A DNA stretch of 64,000 nucleotides, taken from assembly GCA_017444295.1 (NCBI GenBank), contig JAFSWY010000172.1, positions 7,548 through 71,547 on the forward strand, given 5' to 3'. The notes under the pieces were generated by a model that worked only from the letters and a program-made list of their open reading frames with translations, searched no databases and was not told the origin of the DNA. Source of the stretch: Selenomonadaceae bacterium. Its GTDB lineage: Bacteria > Bacillota > Negativicutes > Selenomonadales > Selenomonadaceae. Position numbers and translations under genes: made by a program. Below, in pieces: positions 6,021-15,466 of this stretch (its first letter is position 1; every line of letters begins with the position of its first letter).

Positions 6021-8591
6021 CTAATTCAGCAGGGCAAACCATTCCATCTGGTGCCAGAGGAGGTCGTTTGCCGCAAGAGGTGCGCCCGTTCGTTCGCAAA
6101 GCGGTTCCCCGATGATCCCCACAGCCCCGTCCCCGGCCCGGGCGAGCTGCTGCAAAAGATGCGCCCACATCACATAGGGCAGGGGCTTCCCGTCGAGGAA
6201 ACAGGGCCGCAGCCACCGGCATTCCTCCATCAGGGAACGGCACACCAATGCTCCGTTCATGCTTCCGGAAGGATATTTCCCCCTGCAAAGGAGTTCCTGC
6301 CAAAGGGATTCCGGGGAAACCATCCCGAAGACGGGATCCACCCGGACATCCGTGTACGGATCTGTCGGGGCAAATTCCCTCCTGCCGTCCGCAAACAGTA
6401 TCCCAAAGGAGAAATCCTGGGATTCCGTGCAGGCGACCATTTTCATAAGCTTGTCCTCCTGCATGGAATATCCTGGCAGCAGCCACTGCACATATTCCCC
6501 CGTTGCCTCCCGGGAAAGCTGCCGGAAAACATCCTCTCCGGACATATCGTCCAGGAAGCGGATGCCCTCCCGCAAACCTTCCGGCAGCTGCGCCTGTTCC
6601 GTCGATGCCCCAATACCACAGACAAAAATCTCCTTGAAGGGATATGTCTGGGTCATGGCAAGACCCAAATTCCTGCATAACTCCTCATCGTCACCCAAAT
6701 AAGGGATGGCAACCGTGACCCGCTTCCCCTGCCGCAAGACCTTTTCCTCAAGGTATGCCTCCGCAATGAGCACGCTTGCCCCCATGAGATTGCGCAGGAC
6801 ATCGGGCCGCACGTCCCCGCTGTAGCGCAGGGGGATTTCCTCGCAATAGGGCTTGAGGTCGAAGTCCATCGGCTCCTCGATGGCAGAGCCGGGCGAAACG
6901 GTCTCCCCCTTGCCCAGCTTCTCGTAGCAGGTCTTGAGATAGGAGGCCGTCGGCGTGTAAACGGAATACTTCGCCACGTTGTTGATCCAGCTCGTCGCCA
7001 CCTTTGCGGCATACTGCTCATCGCTGCGCCAATGGTAATGGGCCAGGTGCAGATCCGGCACAACGGTCCAGGGAACCTTCTCTCCCGTGGCCTCCCAGCA
7101 GGCATAATGGCAACCCTGCATGAGACGGAAGCCCGGTCGAAGCGCAATCTCCCCTCCCACAGCCAGCTTCTGCCCGGGGGCGAAGTCCCTGCTGCGCCTG
7201 CAGGGACGGGAGAGCAGGAACCTTCCTTCCTCCTCGTGCTGGCGAAGGGGCTCGTAGAGCCGCCATTCCAGCTTGTGCAATTCCTCCGGGGAAAGTCCCT
7301 CCAATACCTCCCTGCAGGATTTTTCGCTGTCGGTATTGACCAGAAACTCGTCTGCGTCCAGGGGCAGGACGAGGTCGGCATGATGCTCCCTCACGGCCTC
7401 CCGCAAAAGCTCGTTCATAACCTCTGCATGGGCAAGCTCCACAGGCCGGAGCATCCGAACGAAAACAGGCAGTCCCTCTGCCTGAAGATTTTCGAGAATC
7501 TCTCCCGTCTTGTCCGCGCTGCTGTGGTTGGCAATGATGATCTCGTCGGCAAAGGCCAGGCTATGGCGGACAAAGCTCTCGATGATGTCTGCCTCATTCT
7601 TCACCATGGAGACAACGACAATTTTCCGCCCGTTTTTTTCTCTTTCCTGCAAACAAACCGCTTCCCTTCCATCAAGAATGGCACGGATTCCATCCATGCA
7701 CTGCGCATAGGCGTCCCATGCGCCGCACTCCAGAAATTCCGGCATTCGGTACGGTTTCACCCGATCATACTCATCCCGCAAAAGGGCCAGAAGATGCGCA
7801 TAGTCCTCCCGGGTTTCCAGGAACACGCGCCTCCTGTAATACTCCGTGCCCAGTCGGAACCATTCCATCCTGCTTTGCAGGATCACGTCCTTCTGCTGCC
7901 CTTCCTGCTCCCCATGGCGGCGGTAGTAGCTCAAGGAATCGCGGAAAACCGCGCATTTCCCCTTTTCCAGCAGTTCCAGCCACATGGCAACATCCGAGAT
8001 CGTCCTGTAGCCTTTCGCCTCCGCACGCCAGTAATGATGTTGCAGGTCCCGCCTGCGAAAGAGCACTGCAGAAGGCTCGCCGATGTAGTTCCGCATGTCC
8101 CGCAGCATGCGCCGCCCAAGTTCTGCACCGTCGAACACCTGGCAGGTCTCTCCGTTTTCCAGCCCCAGAAAGGAAAGCTTCCCGACCTTGCTTCCCTCCC
8201 CGTCCATCACACCCCGCTGTGAGGTCACAAGCGTTATCCCCGGGTCCCGCTCAAAACATTCCACCATGAGCCGGAGCTTTTCCGGTTCCAGCACATCGTC
8301 ATCCATGAGCCATTGCAGATACTCGCCATGGGCCAAATCCTCAAAAGGCATGAAATTTTCTTCCTTGGTCATTGCCCTTCGGTTTCTCACGTACCGCACA
8401 CGGGAATCCCCGGCATATCCCTGCATCAGCTGCGCGGTCGCCTCGTCGCGGCTGTTGTCGCAGACGATGATCTCGACTTTGGGATAGGTCTGGGCCAGGG
8501 CGCTCCGCAAAGTCTTCTCAAACAACTTCGGGCGCTCATAGGTCGGTATCATAATGCTGACAAGCCCTTGTACGGTCTCCGCTGTAGACAT
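6021..8591 (-). CDS. Three-module glycosyltransferase (856 aa): N-terminal GT2, central GT2-like module, C-terminal GT2-like module
   Basis: N-terminal module: VSIMIPTYERPKLFEKTLRSALAQTYPKVEIIVCDNSRDE. Central module: KIVVVSMVKNEADIIESFVRHSLAFADEIIIANHSS. C-terminal module: VTVAIPYLGDDEELCRNLGLAMTQTYPFKEIFVCG. Confidence 0.8.
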   Translation of the reverse strand: MSTAETVQGLVSIMIPTYERPKLFEKTLRSALAQTYPKVEIIVCDNSRDEATAQLMQGYAGDSRVRYVRNRRAMTKEENFMPFEDLAHGEYLQWLMDDDVLEPEKLRLMVECFERDPGITLVTSQRGVMDGEGSKVGKLSFLGLENGETCQVFDGAELGRRMLRDMRNYIGEPSAVLFRRRDLQHHYWRAEAKGYRTISDVAMWLELLEKGKCAVFRDSLSYYRRHGEQEGQQKDVILQSRMEWFRLGTEYYRRRVFLETREDYAHLLALLRDEYDRVKPYRMPEFLECGAWDAYAQCMDGIRAILDGREAVCLQEREKNGRKIVVVSMVKNEADIIESFVRHSLAFADEIIIANHSSADKTGEILENLQAEGLPVFVRMLRPVELAHAEVMNELLREAVREHHADLVLPLDADEFLVNTDSEKSCREVLEGLSPEELHKLEWRLYEPLRQHEEEGRFLLSRPCRRSRDFAPGQKLAVGGEIALRPGFRLMQGCHYACWEATGEKVPWTVVPDLHLAHYHWRSDEQYAAKVATSWINNVAKYSVYTPTASYLKTCYEKLGKGETVSPGSAIEEPMDFDLKPYCEEIPLRYSGDVRPDVLRNLMGASVLIAEAYLEEKVLRQGKRVTVAIPYLGDDEELCRNLGLAMTQTYPFKEIFVCGIGASTEQAQLPEGLREGIRFLDDMSGEDVFRQLSREATGEYVQWLLPGYSMQEDKLMKMVACTESQDFSFGILFADGRREFAPTDPYTDVRVDPVFGMVSPESLWQELLCRGKYPSGSMNGALVCRSLMEECRWLRPCFLDGKPLPYVMWAHLLQQLARAGDGAVGIIGEPLCERTGAPLAANDLLWHQMEWFALLN

Positions 8592-8634
8592 GTTTTCCCC
8601 GCTTTCTCCGAAATCATGCCAGTGATTTGATTTC

Positions 8635-9483
8635 TCATTTCAGCTGCGTAAGGTACTCCTCAAAAGGCAGGCCATAATTCCAGGGCAAGTCCAGCTTCAC
8701 CGCATGGCGGAGAACCTTGCTGATGAAGATTGCCGCCTTCTGGACGGCCTGGCTCAAGGTCTCCCCGTTCACAAGGCTGGCGGCAACGATGGCGGCAAAG
8801 GCATCCCCCGAGCCGGAACGGTCGTCGCCCACCCGCTTCACCCGCAGAACCTCAGTGCCACGGTCACGTTCATAGATGAAATTCTCTACGAAGTCCTCCT
8901 CATGCAGCCCCGTGATGACCACCTGGCGCGGGCCGCGATTGGAAAGTTCCTCCGCCATCCGCCGAAGTTCCCCGTCATCCACGATGCCCCCTTCGGGGTA
9001 AGGGATATCGAGAAGCCAACAAGCCTCCGTCAGGTTCGGCGTCACGAGATCCGCATGAACGAGAAGTTTCCGCATCTCCGCGCACATCTCCGGCGTATAG
9101 GAAGAATAGAGCCTGCCATAGTCCCCCATGACAGGGTCCACCATGACTTTCGTGTTCTCCTTCTTGAAATGGGCGATGAAATCCTCCACGATCCCGATCT
9201 GCTCCACGGAGCCGAGAAATCCCGTGCAGATGCCGTCGAACTCCAGCCCGTTCTCCTTCCAGTTCTCCATGTAGGGGCGCATGCGCTCCGTATAGTCGTC
9301 GATATAATGGGATTCAAACCCCGTATGCACCGACAGGATTGCTGTCGGGAAAGGACATGCCTGTATCTTCATTGCCGAAATAAGAGGCAGCTCCACGGTC
9401 ATGGAGCAACGCCCAAAGCCCGTAATGTCATTGATGAGCGCGATGCGCTTTTGTCGTTTCACTTTCGGATCCCACCTAAACAT
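8635..9483 (-). CDS. pdxK: Pyridoxal/pyridoxamine kinase (ribokinase superfamily)
   Basis: IALINDITGFGRCS...FDGICTGFLGS...DPVMGD...GSGDAF motifs. ATG at 9483; the track start at 9486 is a TTG. Confidence 0.85.
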   Translation of the reverse strand: MFRWDPKVKRQKRIALINDITGFGRCSMTVELPLISAMKIQACPFPTAILSVHTGFESHYIDDYTERMRPYMENWKENGLEFDGICTGFLGSVEQIGIVEDFIAHFKKENTKVMVDPVMGDYGRLYSSYTPEMCAEMRKLLVHADLVTPNLTEACWLLDIPYPEGGIVDDGELRRMAEELSNRGPRQVVITGLHEEDFVENFIYERDRGTEVLRVKRVGDDRSGSGDAFAAIVAASLVNGETLSQAVQKAAIFISKVLRHAVKLDLPWNYGLPFEEYLTQLK

Positions 9484-9532
9484 CAAGATTTTCTCTATGT
9501 ATCATTATACCACAAATCAAGAGATTCCATAA

Positions 9533-9566
9533 GCAAAAGCCTTCCCATCCAAGGAAGGCTTTTGCT
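9533..9566 (-). terminator. Hairpin after queF
   Basis: GCAAAAGCCTTCC/GGAAGGCTTTTGC 13-bp stem immediately downstream of the queF stop at 9570. The trailing U-run is weak. Confidence 0.45.
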
Positions 9567-9569
9567 TCG

Positions 9570-10064
9570 TTATCGATTATCCACTTTGTCCATTCCCGCC
9601 ATGTCATGGCCCGCAAAGCGCTCCCAGGCAAGCTTTTCATATTTCGTGCCGGGCCTGCCGTAGTTGGCATAGGGGTCAATGGAAATGCCTCCGCGGGGAA
9701 GGAATTTCCCCCAGACCTCAATGTAACGAGGCTCCATGAGCCTGATGAGATCCTTCATGATGATGTTCACCACATCCTCGTGGAAATCGCCATGGTTCCG
9801 GAAACTCACAAGATAGAGCTTCAGTGACTTGCTCTCCACCATTTTCCTGTCCGGCACATAGGAAATATAGATGGTTGCAAAATCCGGCTGCCCTGTGATG
9901 GGGCAGAGGGTCGTGAATTCCGGGCAGTTGAATTTCACCCAGTAATCATTGTCCGGATGCTTGTTCTCAAAGGTTTCCAGCAGTTCCGGCGAATAATCAT
10001 AGCCATAGGCAACATTCTTCTGCCCCAGCAGGGTAATGTTCTCCCTGTCCCTTTCCCGTGCCAT
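9570..10064 (-). CDS. queF: NADPH-dependent 7-cyano-7-deazaguanine reductase
   Basis: [27 protein letters not shown] is the QueF type I signature, with the catalytic Cys in the CP(I)TGQPD context. Confidence 0.93.
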   Translation of the reverse strand: MARERDRENITLLGQKNVAYGYDYSPELLETFENKHPDNDYWVKFNCPEFTTLCPITGQPDFATIYISYVPDRKMVESKSLKLYLVSFRNHGDFHEDVVNIIMKDLIRLMEPRYIEVWGKFLPRGGISIDPYANYGRPGTKYEKLAWERFAGHDMAGMDKVDNR

Positions 10065-10067
10065 GGC

Positions 10068-11771
10068 TCACTCCCCTGCCTTCCCGTCGAGGAACTTCTC
10101 CTCAAAGTTCTCGACGGATTCCGGGCGCCCGAACAGGTAGCCCTGAATGGTGTCCGCATTGCATTCCTGCCGCAGGAGCTTGTACACCTCTTCTTCCTCC
10201 ACGCCTTCGATGCAGGTGCGGATCCCGATGCTGTGGCAGAGCTCCACCGTATATTTTACCAGGCGGCGGTCAAAATCATTCTCCAGGATATTCTTCACAA
10301 ATTCCCTGTCAATCTTCACAATATCACAGGAAAGGTTCTTGAGTGTCGCCAGAGAGGAATATCCCGTGCCGAAATCATCCATGGCAATAGAAATGCCCTT
10401 CTTGCGGAAGTGGTCGAACTCGCGGTTGACGAAATTCCAGTCCGCGATGATCTTGCTTTCCGTAAGCTCCAGCACCAATGCCTCCGGCGGCACATCGTAG
10501 CGGTCAATGCACTCGTTCACGAAATCCTTGAAGCTTGCATCCTTGACCTGCTCATAGCTCAAATTCACACTGACCCTGAAATTCGGCACGATTCTTCGCC
10601 ATTTCTTGCATACGCGCAGGGCTTCCTCCACAATCCAGCGTCCCACGGGAATGATGAGCCTCGTCTCCTCCAGGATTGGGATGAATTCCATGGGCGCAAC
10701 CATGCGCCCCTTGGGGCTCTTCCAGCGAAGCAGCGCTTCCGCCCCGATGAGGCACTGGTCCTCCGCCGACACCTGGGGCTGAAAGAAAAGGCTGAATCCC
10801 GTGCATCCATTCTCCACGCTTTCCCTGAGATTGTCCCGCATGGAAATCGATCGTACCCAGCGGTTATACTCTTCCTTGCTGAAAATGCAGTTGCGGTTCT
10901 TTCCGTCCCGCTTCGCGATATCCATTGCCGCCTCAGCATATTTATGGAGAACCAGATAATCCTTTCCGTTGGCCGGATAAAAGACGGTCCCGCCTGAAAC
11001 CGTGCAGAAATAGGTATGCCCATCCAGGATCTGGGGCTGTGCCAGGCTGCGCTGGATCCCTGTAAAAATATCCTGCACATCCCCCTCACCGGCTCCCGGA
11101 TAAATAATGGCAAACACATCTCCGTCCAGCTTGTAGAGGGTCAGCATGGGAGGCAGGATACTTTCAACCGTGCGGGCGACATGGCGGAGCACCTGGTCGC
11201 CCACCAGCCGGTTATAGGTTTCATTGACAATCTTGAAATTGTCCAGACCGAAAAGGATGACAGCACCGCCTTCCTCTGTGGCGCGGTAGCCTGCCAATGC
11301 CATCTTTACGCCATGCTCGAACTGGTACTTGTTGAGGAGCCCCGTGACCTCGTCTGCCTGGTTCCTCTGTGCCATGCGCGTCATCATGCCTGTGAACACG
11401 ACAGGAACGCCTTCCTTGTCCAACCCGACACGGCCGCGGCAGCGTATCCAGACATACTCGCCCTTCCTGTTCTTTACACGATACTCCAGGAAATGCTCAT
11501 ATACATTCCGGCTTTTCATGATGGCCCGCATGGAAGCCATATATGGCCCCCGCTCCTCCGGATGAATCATCGGATCCCAATACTGGTCAAAATCATAGAG
11601 CACCTCCCCCGGCAGATTGAAATCCTGCACAAGGTTCGGCGATACCATGACCGTGTTTGTCTGCATATCTGCACAAAAGAGATATGCATCCGTCGTCCGC
11701 TTCATGAGATCAAAGAAAAACTTGTATCTCTTCAGCAGCGGGCTCAGGGAAGCCCGATTGTTCTTTTGCAT
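10068..11771 (-). CDS. PAS, degenerate GGDEF and EAL protein; likely a c-di-GMP phosphodiesterase
   Basis: The GGDEF site is replaced by DGDVF and YGH by YNR. EAL motifs are intact: EALLRW, DDFGTGYSSL, KIDREF, EGVE, QGYLFG. Confidence 0.85.
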   Translation of the reverse strand: MQKNNRASLSPLLKRYKFFFDLMKRTTDAYLFCADMQTNTVMVSPNLVQDFNLPGEVLYDFDQYWDPMIHPEERGPYMASMRAIMKSRNVYEHFLEYRVKNRKGEYVWIRCRGRVGLDKEGVPVVFTGMMTRMAQRNQADEVTGLLNKYQFEHGVKMALAGYRATEEGGAVILFGLDNFKIVNETYNRLVGDQVLRHVARTVESILPPMLTLYKLDGDVFAIIYPGAGEGDVQDIFTGIQRSLAQPQILDGHTYFCTVSGGTVFYPANGKDYLVLHKYAEAAMDIAKRDGKNRNCIFSKEEYNRWVRSISMRDNLRESVENGCTGFSLFFQPQVSAEDQCLIGAEALLRWKSPKGRMVAPMEFIPILEETRLIIPVGRWIVEEALRVCKKWRRIVPNFRVSVNLSYEQVKDASFKDFVNECIDRYDVPPEALVLELTESKIIADWNFVNREFDHFRKKGISIAMDDFGTGYSSLATLKNLSCDIVKIDREFVKNILENDFDRRLVKYTVELCHSIGIRTCIEGVEEEEVYKLLRQECNADTIQGYLFGRPESVENFEEKFLDGKAGE

Positions 11772-11876
11772 CTTGCCACCACTGCTTTCCTACTACATAC
11801 TCGCGAAGAACTCACGAGCATAAACTACTTCTTTACATCATATACGAAATAGGACGTTTTTTCAAGTCCTTGGGCA

Positions 11877-12028
11877 TGTTGAAAAACGGAAACTGTGCAC
11901 TACAGCGAGGCAGTTTTTCGTATGACAAGGAAGTGAACCCGCAGTCGTAGCAGAGCTACGTCAAGGGGACACTGACGCAGGCAGACGGAAAAATGGCCGC
12001 TGTAGTGCGCTGGTGGAGTTTTCCAACA
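11877..12028. repeat. 152-nt MITE-like element with about 30-nt terminal inverted repeats
   Basis: Left end: TGTTGAAAAACGGAAACTGTGCACTACAGCG. Reverse complement of the right end: TGTTGGAAAACTCCACCAGCGCACTACAGCGG. The core CCGCAGTCGTAGCAGAGCTACGTC..GGGGA resembles the core of the 25171-25350 element. Confidence 0.5.
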
Positions 12029-12039
12029 CGCCCTGGAAG

Positions 12040-12077
12040 AAAGAACTACAACAGCCGCCCATTTCCATGGGCGGCTG
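12040..12077 (-). terminator. Intrinsic terminator after sdhB
   Basis: Minus strand: CAGCCGCCC-atggaaat-GGGCGGCTG followed by TTGTAGTTCTTT. Confidence 0.65.
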
Positions 12078-12094
12078 CGCAAATTTATCAATGT

Positions 12095-12847
12095 TTACTT
12101 GTTGAAGATATTCCTCAGAGCCTGCTTGTTGACATCGCGGTTAAGCTGTGCGAGGTAGGTCGTAAGCTTAATGCTCTTCGGGCAGACTTCCACGCAGTTC
12201 TGGCTGTTGCCGCAACTGGTGATGCCGCCCTTCCCCATGAGGGCTTCCAGGCGCTTCGGTGCATCGAACTTCCCGAGGGGATGCAGATTGAAGAGATATG
12301 CCTGCACTGTGGGAGCCGGACCGATGAAGTCGGACTGCGGGCCGACGTTCGGGCATGCCTCCAGGCAGCAGCCGCAGGTCATGCAGTGGGAAATCTCATA
12401 GGCCGTCTGTGCCGTGTAGGGATTCTGGATGGGTGCATCCTTGGACTCCCAGCTGCCGTCGATCTCCACCCAGCCCTGAATGCGCTTGAGGCTCTCAAAC
12501 ATCACGGAACGGTCGATGAGCAGGTCGCGGATGACCGGGAAGGTGCGCGCAGGAGCGAGATGGATCGGCTGCGCAAGCTCATCGATCAGCGCACAGCAAG
12601 CCTGGCGGCCCACACCGTTGATGACCATCATGCAGGCACCGCAAACCTTCTCCAGGCAGTTGCACTCCCAGGTAACAGGGGGAACGCGCTTGCCGTCAAC
12701 CGTCACGGGATTCTTCTGGATCTCCATGAGAGCTGCCACGACGTTGAGGCCCGGACGGTAGTCCACATCGAACTCCTGGGTATAGGGCTTCTCATTCGGT
12801 CCGTCCTGGCGCTCGATTACAAATCTTACTTTCTTCTGTTCTGCCAT
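12095..12847 (-). CDS. sdhB: Succinate dehydrogenase/fumarate reductase iron-sulfur subunit
   Basis: Cys clusters CNCLEKVCGAC, CMTCGCCLEAC and CGNSQNCVEVCP. Confidence 0.95.
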   Translation of the reverse strand: MAEQKKVRFVIERQDGPNEKPYTQEFDVDYRPGLNVVAALMEIQKNPVTVDGKRVPPVTWECNCLEKVCGACMMVINGVGRQACCALIDELAQPIHLAPARTFPVIRDLLIDRSVMFESLKRIQGWVEIDGSWESKDAPIQNPYTAQTAYEISHCMTCGCCLEACPNVGPQSDFIGPAPTVQAYLFNLHPLGKFDAPKRLEALMGKGGITSCGNSQNCVEVCPKSIKLTTYLAQLNRDVNKQALRNIFNK

Positions 12848-12865
12848 TTCTATGTGTCCTCCCTC

Positions 12866-14770
12866 TTACTCTTTCTTGGCTACGGCGTAGTTCCTGAGGC
12901 GCGGCTTGATGAGGGAGTGCTCGAATTCGCGATAGTTGACGATCGGCTCCTCCGTCTTCTCGTCAAAAGTGACCACCGTCGTGCGCATGAACTTCTCGTC
13001 ATCGCGGCCAAAGAACAGCAGGTCGTCATTGCCATCATCGGTCATGGCACGACCGGTTTGGGCATCGAAATGATACTTGCCGCTCTTCTCGTCAAAGGCC
13101 TGCTTCTTTGCTGCATCCCAGGAATCGTAGTCGGATTTCAGGACGATCTTGGCATGAGCGCCACGGCTTTCATCACGCTGCAAGGCAGACTTGGTGATAG
13201 CCATTGCATAGACGATCATGTTGCGGAGCTGGCGGACGAACATCGCCTCCTGGTTTGCCCAGCTGCCATGATCCGTAACACCGATGCTGTCCCAACGCTT
13301 CAAAAGGGCATGGAGCTCTTTCATGCACTGGCTGAGGCCGTTGTTGTCACGCTCCACGGAAACGTACTTGTACATAATGTCGCCGAGCTCATGATGGAGC
13401 TGGTGGGCATTTTCCGAACCGTTCATGTTGCGGATCTTGTCGAATTCCTCCACGCATTCCTTGCGGGCTGCTTCCATCTCTTCCTGGGTGAGCGCCACGC
13501 CATTCTCGCCTGCACGGGCATAGCGCAGGGCCTCCGGGCCGGAAATCGTGCCGGAATAAGCAGCGGAGAGCAGGGAGTTCGCGCCCAGACGGTTTGCGCC
13601 ATGGTACTGGTAATCGCACTCGCCGGAAGCCATGAGGCCCGGAATGTTCGTGTGATGCGCGCGATCCACCCAGATGCCGCCCATGGAATAATGGATGGAG
13701 GGGAAGATCTCCATGGGAACCTCAGCGGGGCTCTTGCCCACGAAGTCCTCGTACATCTCCAGGATGCCGCCCAGTTTGCGCTCCAGGTAGTCCGCCGGGA
13801 TATGGGAGAGATCGAGATAGACGCGGTTCGGGTTCTGCATGCCGAGGCCCATATGGACAACGACCTTGTAGATGGCACGGGAAGCAACGTCACGGGGAAC
13901 GAGGTTGCCATAGGCAGGATACATATCCTCAAGGAAGTACCAGCGCTCCTTCTCGCCCGTCTGGGGATTGTTGCGCCATACCCAGACGCGCCCGCCCTCA
14001 CCACGGCAAGCCTCGGACATCAGGCGGTTCTTGTCGGAACCCGGGATGGCCGTCGGATGGATCTGCAGGAACTCGGGGTTGCCGATCTCAGCGCCCTGCT
14101 GGTACACAGCGGAAACAGCGGAACCGTTGCAGATGGTGGAAGCCGTGCAACGACCGTAGACCTGGCCGGGGCCGCCCGTGGCAAGAATGACCACATCGGC
14201 AGGGAATGCCGTAATCTCATTGGAATTCATGTTCTGGGCAACAATGCCGCGGACAACGCCGTCCTTGTTCTTGATGGCCTTGATGAATTCCCAGAACTCG
14301 TACTTCTTGACCTTGCCCTTGACCTCCCAGCGACGGACCTGCTCGTCCAGCGCATAGAGGAGCTGCTGGCCCGTGGTGGAGCCTGCGAAGCAGGTGCGCT
14401 TGTTCTTCTGTCCGCCGAAGTTGCGGAGATCCAGAGTGCCTTCTGCCGTACGGGTAAAGGGAACACCCATGCGGTCAAACATCTTGATGAGTTTCGGCGC
14501 AGCCTCGACCATGCCCTTGACAGCCAGCTGGTCAGCGAGGAAGTCGCCGCCGTATACCGTGTCATCGAAATGCTCGTAGACGCTGTCATGCTCGCCCTTG
14601 GTGTCCATGCAGGCATTGATGCCGCCCTGGGCACAGAGGGAATGGGAACGCTTCACGGGGCAGTAAGAGAAGAGGTCTACCACACCGCCGTCCTCACAGA
14701 TCTTCAACGTAGCCATGAGGCCCGAAAGGCCGCCGCCTACGACAATAATCCTTTTTTCTGCTTTAGCCAT
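12866..14770 (-). CDS. sdhA: Succinate dehydrogenase/fumarate reductase flavoprotein subunit
   Basis: FAD fold IIVVGGGLSGL. SHSLCAQGGINA. HYSMGGIWVD. ESRGAHAK. Confidence 0.96.
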   Translation of the reverse strand: MAKAEKRIIVVGGGLSGLMATLKICEDGGVVDLFSYCPVKRSHSLCAQGGINACMDTKGEHDSVYEHFDDTVYGGDFLADQLAVKGMVEAAPKLIKMFDRMGVPFTRTAEGTLDLRNFGGQKNKRTCFAGSTTGQQLLYALDEQVRRWEVKGKVKKYEFWEFIKAIKNKDGVVRGIVAQNMNSNEITAFPADVVILATGGPGQVYGRCTASTICNGSAVSAVYQQGAEIGNPEFLQIHPTAIPGSDKNRLMSEACRGEGGRVWVWRNNPQTGEKERWYFLEDMYPAYGNLVPRDVASRAIYKVVVHMGLGMQNPNRVYLDLSHIPADYLERKLGGILEMYEDFVGKSPAEVPMEIFPSIHYSMGGIWVDRAHHTNIPGLMASGECDYQYHGANRLGANSLLSAAYSGTISGPEALRYARAGENGVALTQEEMEAARKECVEEFDKIRNMNGSENAHQLHHELGDIMYKYVSVERDNNGLSQCMKELHALLKRWDSIGVTDHGSWANQEAMFVRQLRNMIVYAMAITKSALQRDESRGAHAKIVLKSDYDSWDAAKKQAFDEKSGKYHFDAQTGRAMTDDGNDDLLFFGRDDEKFMRTTVVTFDEKTEEPIVNYREFEHSLIKPRLRNYAVAKKE

Positions 14771-14810
14771 TTAAATTCTCCTTTTCTAGCAAAGTTCTGT
14801 CCGGCCTTCA

Positions 14811-15437
14811 TCACATGACGAAATAGCTGCCCATGAATGCAAGCGTCACAAGGCAAAGAAGAGCGCAGAGCCCCATGCTCAAAGCACTTATGACGTTCTG
14901 GGAGCGCGGGCCCTTGGTGATGCCCCAGGTCATGCAGAACGTGGTGATACCATTGCAGAAATGGAAAATCGCAGCGAACATGCCGAGAACATAGAGAACC
15001 GCAACAATGGGATTGCTCGTGAAATAAGCCTGCAACAGTTCATAGGAGATCGGCGTTCCATTGATGCCCTTCGTGAAGATGCGAAGGTAGAAAATATGCC
15101 AGATAAGGAAAATCACGAGGAACCATGCCGTCCAGCGCTGAAGCGCAAAGAACCAGTTTCTCTGATAACCGAAGCGGCCTGGATTGTTGTTTGCCTGCAA
15201 TGCGATGTAGACACCATAGATTGCATGGAAAAGCAACGGAACTGCAATGGCACCGATTTCAAGGCCCATGAAGATCGGTTTCGGAATAAGCTCCATCATG
15301 GCAAGAGAACTGTTCAGCGCTGCCGGGCCCCCCATAGCCATGGAGTTCGTGAAGATGTGCTCAAAGAGCACGGCGCCCAAGCATACAAGACCACAGAGCG
15401 AATGCAAGCGGCGCACATAAAAAGTTGTGTTATACAT
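14811..15437 (-). CDS. sdhC: Succinate dehydrogenase/fumarate reductase cytochrome b subunit (five-TM, Bacillus sdhC type)
   Basis: Hydrophobic 208-aa protein directly upstream of sdhA-sdhB, giving the C-A-B gene order. Confidence 0.8.
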   Translation of the reverse strand: MYNTTFYVRRLHSLCGLVCLGAVLFEHIFTNSMAMGGPAALNSSLAMMELIPKPIFMGLEIGAIAVPLLFHAIYGVYIALQANNNPGRFGYQRNWFFALQRWTAWFLVIFLIWHIFYLRIFTKGINGTPISYELLQAYFTSNPIVAVLYVLGMFAAIFHFCNGITTFCMTWGITKGPRSQNVISALSMGLCALLCLVTLAFMGSYFVM

Positions 15438-15466
15438 TCTGAACCTCCTAAAAATCCATTAATTTA

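Noticed and set aside
11993-14818. Very long ORFs on the strand opposite to well-supported genes: 941 aa at 11993-14818, 775 aa at 48006-50333, 793 aa at 29686-32067, 715 aa at 51487-53634, 598 aa at 62020-63816, 569 aa at 28073-29782 and 456 aa at 3742-5112.
   Set aside because: Each is antisense to a gene with unmistakable family motifs (sdhA/B, recD2, murG/murD, ABC-F/LCP, PRC-barrel, murC, heptosyltransferase). Their translations are Arg/Gly/His/Leu-rich low-information sequence of the kind produced by shadow frames in GC-rich DNA. None has a ribosome-binding site.
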